Shown here in pieces: positions 39,690-51,895 of a stretch of 64,000 nucleotides of DNA; position 1 is the stretch's first letter, and each line of letters begins with the position of its first letter. Made by a program: the position numbers and the translations under genes. This stretch comes from Octopus sinensis (taxonomy: Eukaryota). Below the pieces are notes generated by a model that was given only the letters and a program-made list of their open reading frames with translations, made no database searches and was not told the DNA's origin. The stretch spans positions 172,670,001 through 172,734,000 of the forward strand of contig NC_042998.1 of NCBI RefSeq assembly GCF_006345805.1, given 5' to 3'.

Positions 39690-39920
39690 TGACTGAGAGA
39701 AAACAGGGGAAGAATGAAGGATGAAAAGGAGAAAGGTGAAAGGCAAGGCATACAAGAGGATGAGAGAGAGAAAAAAGATAAAGTGGAAAGGTTAGAAATA
39801 GAAGTGAGTGAGTGCGTGAGAGCAAAGGAAAAAATGTGCGGCCAGCTATCCTTTCTTTCTCTCCACTTTTCACATCGGTCGCTTAGCTGACCACTCGCAA
39901 ATTCCGTGTCTCACTGCTTT
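39600..39920. mobile_element. Fragment of the 37150-38110 element core
   Basis: ggttagaaatagaagt...gtgagagcaaaggaaaaaa and ttagctgaccactcgcaaatt match 37440-37700 in reverse. Confidence 0.7.
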
Positions 39921-40483
39921 CTCGAATTGGAGGGGTCGTTGTCAATAATGGCCTGAATCTCACCAACAAATTCGGGAGTTCTTAGCAGAACGATCAAAGT
40001 GAGTTTTCTGACCTCCGTCATCACCATTAGACTCATTCAACTCTTTTCGAATCCTTTGCACTGTCCCCAGGATGACACCCAAACACTATGAAATATTCAT
40101 ATTGGTACTGTGTTACTCATAGATGGTGCCCAACTGACTCTACTATACTGTGTTGTCGACAAAAACAAAACAAAACAATGCGCAGCATGAAATTAAAAAA
40201 TATCAAAGGTTAACAATTTACCCATCACACCCTGATTTGGCATGGCTTTCTACGCCTGGATGCTCTTCCTAACGCCAACTACGCCATAGGTTTCCATCTA
40301 TAAAGCGTTTAGCTTAATGGCATATCGTCAGATCCCAAAAACCAGTTGGCCCACGACCTCTTAAAAACAAGGAGGGAGAATGCCTTATAACTCAAATGTA
40401 ACAATTGGGAATTATCTACCTTTTCTATTGGCTATCGACTTCCGGCTGTACTTCCGTCTTGTGAGCTCCAAAAGGCTATATAT

Positions 40484-40722
40484 GTGCTGCCGATGGCACG
40501 TAAAAGCATCCCGGTCTCACGTAAATGGCAGCCGTTCTGGTGGTACGTAAAAGCACCCAATACACTCTCAGTGTGGTTGGCGTTAGGAAGGGCATCCAGC
40601 CGTAGAAAGCCATGTCAAATCAGACTGGAGTCTGGTGCAGCCTTCCAGCGTACCAGCCTGGTCAAACTGTTCAACCCATGCCAGCATGGACAACGGACGT
40701 TAGATGATGATGATGATGATGA
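40484..40722 (+). mobile_element. SINE family C, 3' half, ending in (GAT)n
   Basis: gttggcgttaggaagggcatccagccgtagaaa...ccatgccagcatggacaacggacgttagatgatgat. Short inverted fragment at 40240-40281. Confidence 0.75.
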
Positions 40723-40735
40723 TGACATACATAAT

Positions 40736-40788
<53 letters not shown>

Positions 40789-40789
<1 letters not shown>

Positions 40790-40929
40790 CTTTATGTCGA
40801 AGAGCGTAGGCTCGAAACGTAAAAGACTGTTCTATTTCTATTCCTTATACTTATTATTACTTATACATTTGTTTGTTTCTACACCACCTGCCTTCGTCTT
40901 TTGTTTATTTTCGTAAACCTTCCCGTTAT

Positions 40930-40930
<1 letters not shown>
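40789..40930 (+). mobile_element. Solo PLE-like unit with a degenerate hammerhead (40789-40826)
   Basis: tcttt-aTGTCGA-a-GAGC(gtag)GCTC-GAAAC-GTA-aaaga; homologous to 19193-19329. Confidence 0.7.
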
Positions 40931-40960
<30 letters not shown>

Positions 40961-41870
40961 CATAAATATATAAGCATACGTATAGATACAAACACTCACA
41001 GATATATTTATGAATGTCACGCGTAAACAAACCAACATACACATCTAGTTATATGTAATATACACAGTCAGAGTTCATCGATTGAGAAGCTACTTCACAT
41101 GTTCGTTTATTTATCTATTAAGTACAGTTTCATACACATTTTATTAACCAACACGTGTCATATTTGAGTAACGTAAAAATCACAACCTGAACAAATTAAA
41201 AAAGCATCTACGAGAAGCAAATGGAAATGAAAATATCCTGGAACCAACAATACAAAAATAAATATCATAATGAATTTTTAAAATATTTGGATACATTTTC
41301 TTTCCTTTGACAATTTGTATTTCGTTGTATTTTATTATATATTACTTATCAAATTCATTTTCTTATTTTCGTTTAACAGAAAACTTTTTTCAAGATTTTA
41401 TATAACAAAGGAATAGCTACTGAAGTTACATTAACTTGTAGAAAATGTTTATATGCCTCATCAGGGAATGAAATAAATATAGACCAGCAGTGAAGGAGAT
41501 CAAACTTTTCTTGACTCTGGTTCGTTTGCATATTTTTTTTTAAAATAGGATACTGTAGATGACAATATGTTTTTAAAATACAGAGACGTTATACTTTATT
41601 ACGACGCTGAAAGTTATTTCTGGCTGGTTGGATTTTATTATTTTGTTTTTCATTCTCAGCATTATGCATATTTATATACAGCTGAGATTCAATGCGAGAA
41701 AAAAAACTAAAACATTTCGAAAATTTCAGACGCATGATATTTACCATATATTTGCGAATATCCCAGGCAATGAAATTTTCTTTAGTACTTTCCTTCTTAT
41801 TTGCTTTCAATATTATATTTGTTTACTCATCATTATAATAGATTTTCTTGAGATTTGTTCCATGTACACA

Positions 41871-41940
<70 letters not shown>

Positions 41941-41962
41941 GTTGTTGTTGTTATTATTATTA

Positions 41963-42098
41963 TAATCTGTGGTATTGGGTGGAATATATGCTGTAGCCCA
42001 TCTGTTAGACTACGACAAAGCAATGTACATGATAACATTTCCAATCTGTTAAGATCAGAAGCCATGAGAGCCACTGCCTGGTACTGCATCAGAGCATA
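41963..42098. mobile_element. Partial copy of the ~530 bp (ATT)n-associated repeat
   Basis: gctgtagcccatc...gatcagaagccatgagagccactgcctggt. Confidence 0.85.
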
Positions 42099-42139
42099 TT
42101 ATTATTATTATTATTATTATTATCATCATCATCATTATT

Positions 42140-42345
42140 AAGGCGGTGCATTGGCATAATCGTTAGCGCGCCAGACGAAATGCTTAGCGGTATTTCGCCC
42201 GTTTTTACGTTCTGAGTTGAAATTCCGCCGAGGTCGACTTTGCCATTCATCCTTTCGGGGTCGATAAATTAAGTACTAGTGAAACACTGGGAACACTGTA
42301 ATCGCTTAATCGCCCACTCCTCGTGCCTTTAGTAGAAAAAATTAT
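42140..42345 (+). mobile_element. SINE family B
   Basis: aaggcggtgcattggcataatcgttagc...aattccgccgaggtcgactttgcc. Confidence 0.88.
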
Positions 42346-42519
42346 TAATATTATTTACTTTTAATCTGCATGTTTGTTACAATCACTTACTGAGACATAC
42401 CCAGTATCTTAGGGCGAGTAAAGAATGAAATGTTACAGTATAACTAAAAGCTTGGGGAGGAGAAGTGGCAGGGGTATTAGCGAAATATCAACATATAGTA
42501 CAAGATTTTTCTAAGGTTA

Positions 42520-42960
42520 TGGGCAGTACCTACAGCAAAATCTTTGGGATTTCTCAGAGACATGGTTCTCCTGGGATATTATCTAGATGTTTTTAACATC
42601 CCTTTCTTATCATACCTAGGGAACCTACAATAACAGGAACAGTTCTTGCTTTCAGATGCCACATCTTTTGCATTTCAATTTCCAAGTCCTTATATTTACT
42701 TCATTTTAGAAATTCCTTTACAGATATTTTTTTTATCAGTGGTAACGTTAACATCAATTAATCTACAAGTGTTTTCTTCCCACTCTTTAATGCCTATGTC
42801 TGGTCAATTAGCCTGGATCGTTTTGTCGCTGTTGAATGGAAAATCCCAGAGGATACTGACATTTTTACCTTCAACGATGACTTAAGATGATGTTCATACC
42901 AGTAAGCAGGAGTGCTGATTTTGTATTGTCTACATATTTTCCAATGTAAATACTGCCCTA
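42520..42960 (-). mobile_element. Old RLE LINE endonuclease fragment
   Basis: ILWDFPFNSDKTIQAN*PDIGIK..TCRLIDVNV. Confidence 0.75.
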
Positions 42961-43022
42961 TGTAAATACAGTCTACAGTCTATGTAAATACTGTTGAATG
43001 TAAATACAGCCTACATCATCAC

Positions 43023-43085
<63 letters not shown>

Positions 43086-43087
43086 TA

Positions 43088-43128
<41 letters not shown>

Positions 43129-43165
43129 TTATTATTATTATTATTATTATTATTATCATTATTGA

Positions 43166-43685
43166 GTGAGAGAGCAGTGCATGCCATCAAAGTGACACTG
43201 GGGTAAATATACGAAGCCCAGTATACCTATCATGACTACCCGTCCGATAAGGGTACACTAGGCACATGCATCACAACCATATATGCATGACATGGTGATC
43301 TCATATCAAGATAAACAGGTGTGGCCCGGTTAGTATTTTCTTCTGGTCGAGTAGCCGATCCCGCTCAAAAGGTTCCTGCATAAGGGTTGTTTAAGGCTAT
43401 TGAAGGAAACGACCATCTTTTCAGAGGTGAATTATTCAAACCCCAAAGAATCCTTCTCAACACATGGCTATGATGCTCCCCCACTACTTCTGCTCGTGAT
43501 CAGAGATGCACATATCGTCAGCCACTAAGGGACATGCTCAACGGTTAAGGTCAAACAACTGACAAGCAAATCTGTGGTATTGCTGTAGCCCATCTTTTAT
43601 ACGAAGACAAAACAATTTACATGATAGCACTTCCAATCAATTAAGATCAGAAGCTATGAGAGCCACTGCGTGGTATTAGATCAGG
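43166..43685. mobile_element. ~520 bp (ATT)n-associated non-coding repeat
   Basis: Colinear with 31713-32250. Confidence 0.85.
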
Positions 43686-43716
43686 TCATTTATTATTATT
43701 ATTATTATTATTATTA

Positions 43717-43785
<69 letters not shown>

Positions 43786-43792
43786 ACTTATA

Positions 43793-43842
<50 letters not shown>

Positions 43843-43919
43843 GATTATTAAGGTAGCGAGCTGGCAGAACCGTTAGCACGTCGGGCAAAATACTTAGCAG
43901 CATTTCGTCCACCTTCACG

Positions 43920-44158
43920 TCCTTTGAAAGCAGAGAGGATTGGGAAGGAACCTGGAATGGGTGGGGCTTGGATCAATCAAAAGGTTTTGACAGGGTCGAC
44001 CATCAATACTTGGGGGCAGTCCTGCCAGCGTCTGGCTTCGGTGCCGTTTTCAGAGGCTGGATCGCTGCAACGTATAGCGGCATCTGTTCAGTGATCAAAG
44101 CAAACGGTGATTTGTCGGAATCGTTTAGCATCGCTCGCTCGGTCCGTCAAGGTATTCT
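43920..44158 (+). mobile_element. L1/Tx1-like RT fragment, preceded by a SINE B 5' piece (43850-43912)
   Basis: LDQSKGFDRVDHQYL..GFG..FRGWI...INGDLSE-like..SVRQG. Confidence 0.75.
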
Positions 44159-44559
44159 GTAGGCTGGTAGATAAAGATAGTGTAAGTTGTCCACTTTTCA
44201 AACTGATCGGCTACACACACCACAAATTTGTGATCTGTATGGTCAACCTAGATAGGCTTAGAAGGCCTTCCCAGTTACTGGGTATGCTTGATGGATCCAA
44301 GTGGCAGAGGCGCAACGTGGTAACAATGTCACTATACGGTCTTCGGCGCAGGGTACTGGAGCCCGAGCGGATGTGGCATTTGAGCAGCACTTCCCTCAAC
44401 TGTTTGGGACAAATGGAAATCTGGAACGCAGGATGGACTTTAGCGCCCACTTCGACGGCATGCCACGACTCTCGACAAAGGGGAGGGAATGTTGCGAAAT
44501 GCTGATAACAGCCTATATTACATTCTGATTTTGATCTAGTGGTGATTGTTACACCATAT

Positions 44560-45155
44560 CAGATGTACACCAGAAAGAATATCAAAGATGTCATGACAAT
44601 ATAACAAGGATTGTCCATTGGACACTTTGCAACAAGTATAGACTTGACAGAGCAAAAAAGTGGTACGAACATAAACCCGAAGGCAACATCGAAAATGATA
44701 ATGCAAAGATCCTATGGGATTTTATGATTCAGTGCGACTATGAGATAAAGAATAGGAAACCAGACATATGTTAATTGAGAAAGAAAGCAGACGATGCTGG
44801 ATCATAGATATAACATACACAGCTGACAACAAGGTATGCGATAAAGAAGAAATAAAAGACGATAGATATGATAGATTAGTTTGGGAGGTTAAGCAGGTGT
44901 GGTCAAGGAAAAAGATGGTAGTAGTACCGATAAATGTCAGAGCCCTGGGAACAGTGAGTAAAAATGTTAAGAGGTACATGAAACAAATATGGGCTGCAAT
45001 AAGAGTGGAGCACTTGCAGAAAACAGCACTGCTTGGAACCGCTCGAATACTCCGGAAGGTGCTCGAAAAATAAGAGGTGTTACCTTAGTTCACTTGTAGT
45101 GAACATCTGGCTCCGTAGCACACCTCCAGAGTTAGAAGCTGTGCAAAAACAATAA
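44560..45155 (+). mobile_element. RLE LINE 3' fragment in + orientation
   Basis: KILWDF..RKPD..CWIIDI..VVVPINVRALGTV..LQKTALLGTARILRKVLE, 3' UTR ending in (AAT)n. Confidence 0.88.
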
Positions 45156-45201
45156 ATAATAATAATAATAATACTGATGATATTATTATTATTATTATTA
45201 T

Positions 45202-47652
45202 TCAGTAGTTTTATTTTTATAGCGTGCTTTCACTTCACTACCGAGCGCAGCTCCGTGTGCCTTGGGTATGTGCTGTGATTTGTTGTGATGCTCTGATGGT
45301 TAATGTATGGAAAGTGTTCTGCGTAGGATGTGTGCAGTGCCTAGTAGTGCAATTTTCTGTATGCTATATGTGTTTGTAAGTCCTGGTGTTTTTGTTATGT
45401 ATTTGTCTGAATATTTTTTTATCATGCCTAATGCACCTACTATGATAGGAATTGTTTCTGTTTTCAGGTTCCACATTCTAGTTACCTCTATTTCCAGGTC
45501 TTTGTATTTTGAGAGTTTCTCCATTTCTTTTAGAGACACGTTGTCATCTGCCGGTATTGATACATCAATTAGAAAGCATTTTTTTTCTTCATGATCTCTG
45601 ACAACTATATCTGGTCTGTTGGCCTTAATTTCTCTATCTGTGTGTATCGGCATATCCCAGAGTATGGTTGCTTTCTCGTTTTCTGTGACCTTTTCTGGTG
45701 TGTGCCTATACCATCTTTTTTCTGTTGTTATTCCATAATGTTGGCATAGCTTCCAATGTATGTAGGTTCCAACTCTGTCATGTCTGTGAATATATTCCTT
45801 CTTAGCCAGGACTGGGCAGCTAGAGATAATATGATTTATTGTTTCTTGTTCATCTCCGCATATTCTGCAGTTACTTGTAATATTTCTTTTCATTACATGT
45901 TTTTGGTAATTTCTGGTGGGGAGGCTTTGGTCTTGTGCTGCAATTAAAAATCCCTCTGTTTCTGCTTTGAGTCCTGAGCTTCTCAACCATTGCTGGGTTT
46001 TTTCTTTGTCTATTTCTTTTGCATTTAGTTTAGTCAGTATTTACCATGAAGGGGCTTTTCTTGCCATCGTTTTATCATGGCTCGTTGCTGTTCTATTTTT
46101 AGTTTGGATTTCATTTGTTTTATAGCTTTTGTTGTTTCTTCATCATCTTCTTCTTCTTCATGTTTATTAGGTGGTTTGATTTCTTGTTTGTATTTGTCAG
46201 CTTCCTTAAATACTGAGAACAGTTTTTTGTTTTGCTCGTGTTTTGCTGATATCTGGATCAGTTTTCCTTCCTTCTGAAGTAGGTATTTTTGCAGTCCTAT
46301 GGTGGTTATTTTATAGTAGTTTTCCAGCTGTATAAGGCCTCTACCACCTTCTATACGTTGTATATATAGTCTTTCTATGTCAGATTTTGGGTGATGCATC
46401 CTAGATCCTGTCAGTATTTTTCTTGTTTTCCTATCTATTTTGGACAGTTCATTTCGTGTCCAGTTAAGGATATTGTAGCTGTAACTTATAACTGGGACAG
46501 CTAAAGTGTTGATACCTATTATCTTGTTTTTAGCATTGAGCTCTGTTTTTAGTCTTGATCTAACTCGTCTATAATATTCTTTTTTTATTTTCTCTTTCAT
46601 TTGTGAGTGTTGTGTCTTATCTAGTTCATGGATTCCTAAGTATTTGTAAGTTTGGCTTTGGTCTAATTCTTTTATTTCATTGGTTTTATCTAGTGTGATG
46701 TTGTTACTCTTAACTAGTTTTCCTCTTTTCATGGTTACTTTGGCGCATTTTTCTAATCCAAATTTCATATCTATTTCTTTGGTAAATCCATGAACTGTCT
46801 TTAATAGTGTTTCCAGCTGTTTGTCATTTGCAGCGTATAGTTTTAGGTCATCCATATATAAAAGGTGGCTGATCGTTTTGCCGTAACATTTATATCCGCA
46901 TCCAGTTCTATTTAGCATATCAGATAGAGGTGACAGTGCCAAGCAGATAAGGAGTGGAGAGAGCGTGTCTCCCTGGAATATTCCTCTTCTAATGGGGATG
47001 TCTTTGGTTTTCATGAGTCCCTCTTTTGTTTGGAGGTGTAGGACTGTTTGCCATTTATTCATAGAGTGCTCTATGAATTTTATGATTGTTGGTGCTACTT
47101 TGTTAATGGCTAGTGTTTCGAGGATCCACGTGTGGGGGATGCTATCAAACGCCTTTTTGTAGTAAATCCAGGCCATACTGAGGCCTTTCTTCTTTCTGTG
47201 GCTGTCTTCAGTTACGGCTTTATTAATCATTAGTTGATCTTTACAGCCATATGAGCCTTTGCGGCATCCTTTCTGTTCTCCTGGGAACAGTTTGTTTTCG
47301 TCCAGGTGCTTGTTCAGCCTTTGCGATATCACTGCAGTAAATGCCTTGAACATAGTAGGGAGGCAGGTTATTGGTCTGTAGTTTTCTGGTTTTGTTGTTT
47401 CATTTGATTTGGGAATTAAGATAGTTTTCCCCTTCGTGAGCCATTCAGGCATTGTCTCTGGCTCTGCTAGTATGCTGTTAAAGTTTTCAGCCAGCTTTTT
47501 GTGCATTCCTGTTAGATATTTCAACCAGAAGTTGGGGATCTTGTGATGCCCAGGTGCCTTCCAGTTGCTTAGTTTTGCAGTGCCTGGGTGACCTCTTCAG
47601 TTGTTATGGGGGTCCAAAGTTGTTCAGATGCCGAGTTTGTTATTTTGATACT
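45202..47652 (-). mobile_element. Young 5'-truncated R4/Dong-like element (2.45 kb)
   Basis: Same 3' end as 25774 and 32493; (TAA)n on both flanks. Confidence 0.95.
45300..47524 (-). pseudogene. RT, CCHC zinc knuckle and RLE endonuclease (ORFs 46034-47524 and 45300-45986 joined by a 1 bp deletion)
   Basis: QGDTLSPLL, YMDDLKLY, CRICG..INHIISSC, RPDIVV..LIDVSIP. Frameshift at ~46034. Motif-A Asp changed to Tyr (WIYYKKAFD, position 47164). Confidence 0.93.
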
Positions 47653-47669
47653 TTATTATTATTATTATT

Positions 47670-48109
47670 ATTATTACTTTTTTTTTCTTCTTTCAAATTT
47701 GCTTCCATTTCTTGCCGAGTGTCTTACCGACTCCTAGGGCAAAGAAACTCATAGTATACATTGGTAGGCCATTAAACCAAACTCAGTAGTTCGTTCATTT
47801 AAAAAAAATTTTTTTTTTTAATGTTAAATTAAAATACATGAGCAGCAACAGTTCTCACATCGACAATGCTCTTCTCAATACGTGTGATGTACCAGTTAAG
47901 ACAATCTTTTGCACTTCTTGCAGGGATGGTAAGCCAGGGATCATTCTCATATAATTTTCGGTTCCCTTCTTGATCATTCCTAGTGCTCCTACGATCACTG
48001 GTATTGTAACCACCTTGAGATGCCACATTGAGAAAATGTGGCATCTCAAGGCGCTTACAATACCAGTGATCGTAGGAGCACTAGGAATGATCAAGAAGGG
48101 AACCGAAAA
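47670..48109 (-). mobile_element. RLE LINE (second family) 3' fragment with a 5' fold-back inversion
   Basis: MWHLKVVTIPVIVGALGMIKKGTENY..LTGTSHVLRRALSM; 47955-48029 mirrored at 48035-48109. Confidence 0.9.
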
Positions 48110-48116
48110 ATTATTA

Positions 48117-48168
<52 letters not shown>

Positions 48169-48181
48169 CATCATCGTCATC

Positions 48182-48237
<56 letters not shown>

Positions 48238-48317
48238 GAAACTACCAAATGCATGAGATAGCTTCTGGCGCAGTTTGAAACTAAATTGTGACAATTCAAG
48301 AAAGTTAAGGCACCAAT

Positions 48318-48319
<2 letters not shown>

Positions 48320-48348
<29 letters not shown>

Positions 48349-48423
48349 AAGAAGAAGAAGAAGAAGAAGAAGAAGAAGAAGAAGAAGAAGAAGAAGAAGA
48401 AGAAGAAGAAGAAGAAGAAGAAG
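48320..48423. repeat. (AAG)n microsatellite
   Basis: Direct inspection; source of the poly-R/F ORFs. Confidence 0.97.
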
Positions 48424-48519
48424 ACGACGACGTTATTTGGGCACTGCATTGAAGGTTACCTTATTTTATCGATCTCTTTGGCCAAACCAGTAGCTTGAGG
48501 GGGTTTAAAGAAACCAACA

Positions 48520-48770
48520 ACGATTGTGAAACCGTAGAAGGAAACAAAACAAAAACGCAAAGACACACATCCACAATACATAGACACACATACGTTCATA
48601 TACAATGGATTTCCACACAATTTCTTTCCACATAGTTAACCCACAAGACATTGCTGAGACAGAGGCTATAGTAGAAGACAATTGCCGAAGGTGCCATACC
48701 TTGAGACTGAACCACAAACCGTCTGGTTGCAGAGAGATTCTTAACCATAGAGCCATGTCTGAGTTGTGTC
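48520..48770 (-). mobile_element. Diverged SINE family A
   Basis: gaggctatagtagaagaca..aggtgcca...gactgaacc. Confidence 0.6.
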
Positions 48771-49295
48771 TGTTTTTGCTTTTATTTGTTTCAGAAAGCA
48801 AGAAGGACTTTATTTGTACGTGGATAGGTGTGTTAGTAGTATCTTATTCCTACGAATAAGATGAATGAAAGACAAATTTAACTTTGATGTAGAAGAATGT
48901 AGAAATATAGAGTAAAACATCTGCTCCAGTGTCTTATTCTTTCAAAATCAGTCATGTTTTATTTGATATATTAGGAATTACCTTTGTATGAATTATATAT
49001 ATTTTTAATCTTTTATTTTTCATAATTTAGTAAGGAGTGTTCATGACCTGTCACAGGGCCTTTGAGGCAGTGGGTACGGAAGAGCAATGGTATTCTCAAC
49101 CCGGAGATCTGGTCCAAATGCTTGTAATAAAATTACATCTACTAAAAGCACTTAAGGTTTGAGGTGGTGGCGTGAAAGTACGAAGGGGTGCTGAAAAGTT
49201 CCTGCCTTTAAGATTATCGGGAAAGGTCTGACTGGAGGCCCACATTTCTGAGTTCTTTTACATGGCTTAGAAAACATTGGAGGACCTCTGTAATA

Positions 49296-50588
49296 CGAGG
49301 GGCGTTCAATAAGTAATGCCTCTGACCCACTTGCAATTGTTTGATCTAGCTGAAATTTTGCATGTGCAATTATTTATATCTCTATAGAGTAAGTAGCAAA
49401 TTACAGCTCTGAATTAATTGCGGTTTCTGATTTACAGGTGTTTGAACTGAGTCAAGTGTGAAATGGAGCCTGTTGAGTGTCGGGCAGTGATCCGCTTTTT
49501 ATATTTGGAAGGACGCACACCACGGGAGACTTTTGATGAAATGAAAGTAACTTATGGTGATGATGCCCCATCATATGACCTTGTAAAACGCTGGCATTGT
49601 GAATTCAAACTTGTTCGGAACTCTGTGGAAACAGCTCCCAGATCTGGTCGCCTCCCTACTGCTATTGATGAGGCATCTGTCCATCAAGTTGAGGCTGCCA
49701 TTTTGGAAGATCGATGCATAACTATTCGCCAAATAGCCCATGAGGTTAAGATTAGTACCGGGTCTGTGGAAACCAATCATTCATGACCATTTGCATATGC
49801 AAAAAGTGTCTTCCAGATGGATTCCCAGGTTGCTCACACCTTTCCGGAAGCAAGAACGCGTCGAGTGCTTGAGGATGAATTTGGAGATGTGCCAAGAAGA
49901 TGAGTCAACATTTTTCAAAAGACTGATTACACAGGATGAAACCTGGGTCCATCACTATGATCCAGAGACAAAAGCCCAGTCAATGCAGTGGAAGCACCAT
50001 GACTCACCTCCTCCAAAGAAGGCAAGGGTGCAGCCCTCCACTAGCAAGGTCATGCTCATAGTCTTCTGGGACCAGGACGGAGTAGTGATGACAGATTTCC
50101 TGACAAAGGGTACCACAATTACAGGAGCCTATTATGCTTCTCTTTTGATGAAATTAAGAGAAGCTATAAAAATCAAGAGGCGGGGCAAGATCAGCAAAGG
50201 CATCCTCCTCCTGCAGGACAACGCTCCGGTCCACAACTTGATGGTCTCCAGATCAGAAGCACAGGCGTGCAGCTATGAACTCCTCCCCCATGCCCCTACT
50301 CTCTTGACCTTGCACCCTCGGATTTTCACCTCTTCCCAGCCATGAAGTTGTTTTTGAAAGGAAAGCGTTTCCCAGATGATGCAGCCTTGATTTCTGAAGT
50401 TACGTCGTGGTTGGAGGACCAAGCTGGGGTCTTCTACAAAAACGGTCTCCAGAGCTGCATCAAATGATGGGAGAAATGCGTAACTCTGGGTGGTTTCTAT
50501 GTAGAAAAAGACTAATAACTGTGCCAAGTTTCGTTGCTCTACTGCAATGGGAAGTGGGTCAGGGGCATTACTTATTGAACGCCCCTCG
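49296..50588 (+). mobile_element. Full-length mariner transposon (1293 bp)
   Basis: TA at 49294-95 and 50589-90; ~37 bp TIR cgaggggcgttcaataagtaatgcc(t/c)ctgacccactt. Confidence 0.97.
49463..50515 (+). pseudogene. Mariner DD34D transposase with two frameshifts and one premature stop
   Basis: WIPRLLT, TQDETW, QDNAPVH and DLAPSDF with 34-residue spacing. Frameshifts at ~49775 and ~50295; TGA at 50465-50467. Confidence 0.95.
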
Positions 50589-51428
50589 TAAGTGCGTGAA
50601 TCTGAGAAGAAAATCATGATTAATTGATCCTCCTGTATTTTCTATTACTCAAAGCCAGGAACTTTTCAACACCCCTCGTAAGTGACAGAATAAACGTATT
50701 ACCCATATCAACCATGGCGAGAGGTGAACGCAGAATGCACACAACCGGAACAAATACCACAAGGAAAGGATGAAAACAAAAGTTGATCTTTGTGGGATTT
50801 AAACACTTCACGCGAAATGCTGGAACAAATACCACGTCGTAATCTATCCAGCACTTAAGGCTCTGCCAGTCTACCGCTAACATACTCATATGAAGTTTCT
50901 TTAACTATTTTTCATGGTTTTATGCTGTTGGTCCTGCATTAGAGTATTTTGAATTGCCAATGTTAATCATCACCCCCTTTGTCATCGATGCTTCACGGTG
51001 TGAAAAGGACAGGTGCAGGCAGATACGGATCACATTTAGAAGCATATCATATGTAGATCTTTTTAGCCTCTCATGAATTTTACATCCAATGGTCTGAGGT
51101 TGGTTAATACGATCAGATTAGTGAATCTGGGATTCAGAGTTCTCTACCTTTTTTTGCTTCTGGAAGCCTCATAATAATTACATATTGGGTATTTTAGGAG
51201 AAAGAAAGAAAAGGAAGAGGAAGAGAGAATGATTTAGTCGCTAAAGCTTTATAATATTTATTACTGAATATTATAGCACCATCAATGTCGAGCAAGAAGA
51301 ACGTTAAATGTCATAATATTGGATGTCCAATATTGAAAATTATCTCTAATTATGTGCAGGATTTATATCATCTGAGTGAATTTTGTAAAACGAAAAAATA
51401 AAATATAAAGTATATGTACACAATAAAA

Positions 51429-51434
51429 TTTATT
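51429..51434 (-). promoter_or_regulatory. Candidate polyadenylation signal for the PDZ gene
   Basis: AATAAA on the minus strand ~260 nt after the stop codon; AT-rich context makes a chance match likely. Confidence 0.25.
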
Positions 51435-51695
51435 TATATTCTCCTGGGTTGCAGCCTGAGAAATATGATGCTGAATATTTACAATGACATTAGTCAATGA
51501 ATATATTTCTGCTACATATACAAAAATGTGTCCCTAGAGCAATTGTAGGAAAAACAAATATACATTATTCTTGACAATGACTTTCGTTTTCGCTCATTCT
51601 CGTTGGTTGTCACTTTTCTTCTCTCTCGCCAATACTCTGTGTCCATGACTAAGTCAATGTATTTACAATATCAGTTCTGTGGAAACAATTTCACA

Positions 51696-51895
51696 TTAAG
51701 TCGTTCTGTATGCATTTCTATTTGGTAAGACTCGAAGTATGAGTTTATCACATGATGCAACCATATCATGTGCATCTTCTACAGTCATACAACCTGTGGT
51801 TATGCCATTGATTTCAAGTATTTCATCACCGATGCTTAAAAGACCTGCAAACATTTTAGCAGGATAACCATCACTAAATCGTGATACATATATAC
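51696..51895 (-). CDS. PDZ-domain protein (Par6/KIAA1614-type), terminal coding exon
   Basis: Acceptor tttgtcttccag|GT; IYVSRFSDGYPAKMFAGLLSIGDEILEINGITTGCMTVEDAHDMVASCDKLILRVLP; TAA at 51696-51698. Confidence 0.88.

Larger units (their letters stand above)
49181..50678 (+). mobile_element. Mariner-derived MITE (~200 bp) split by a nested full-length mariner
   Basis: TA at 49179-80 and 50679-80; TIR cga(a)ggggtgctgaaaagttcctg / caggaacttttcaacacccctcg. Confidence 0.85.
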
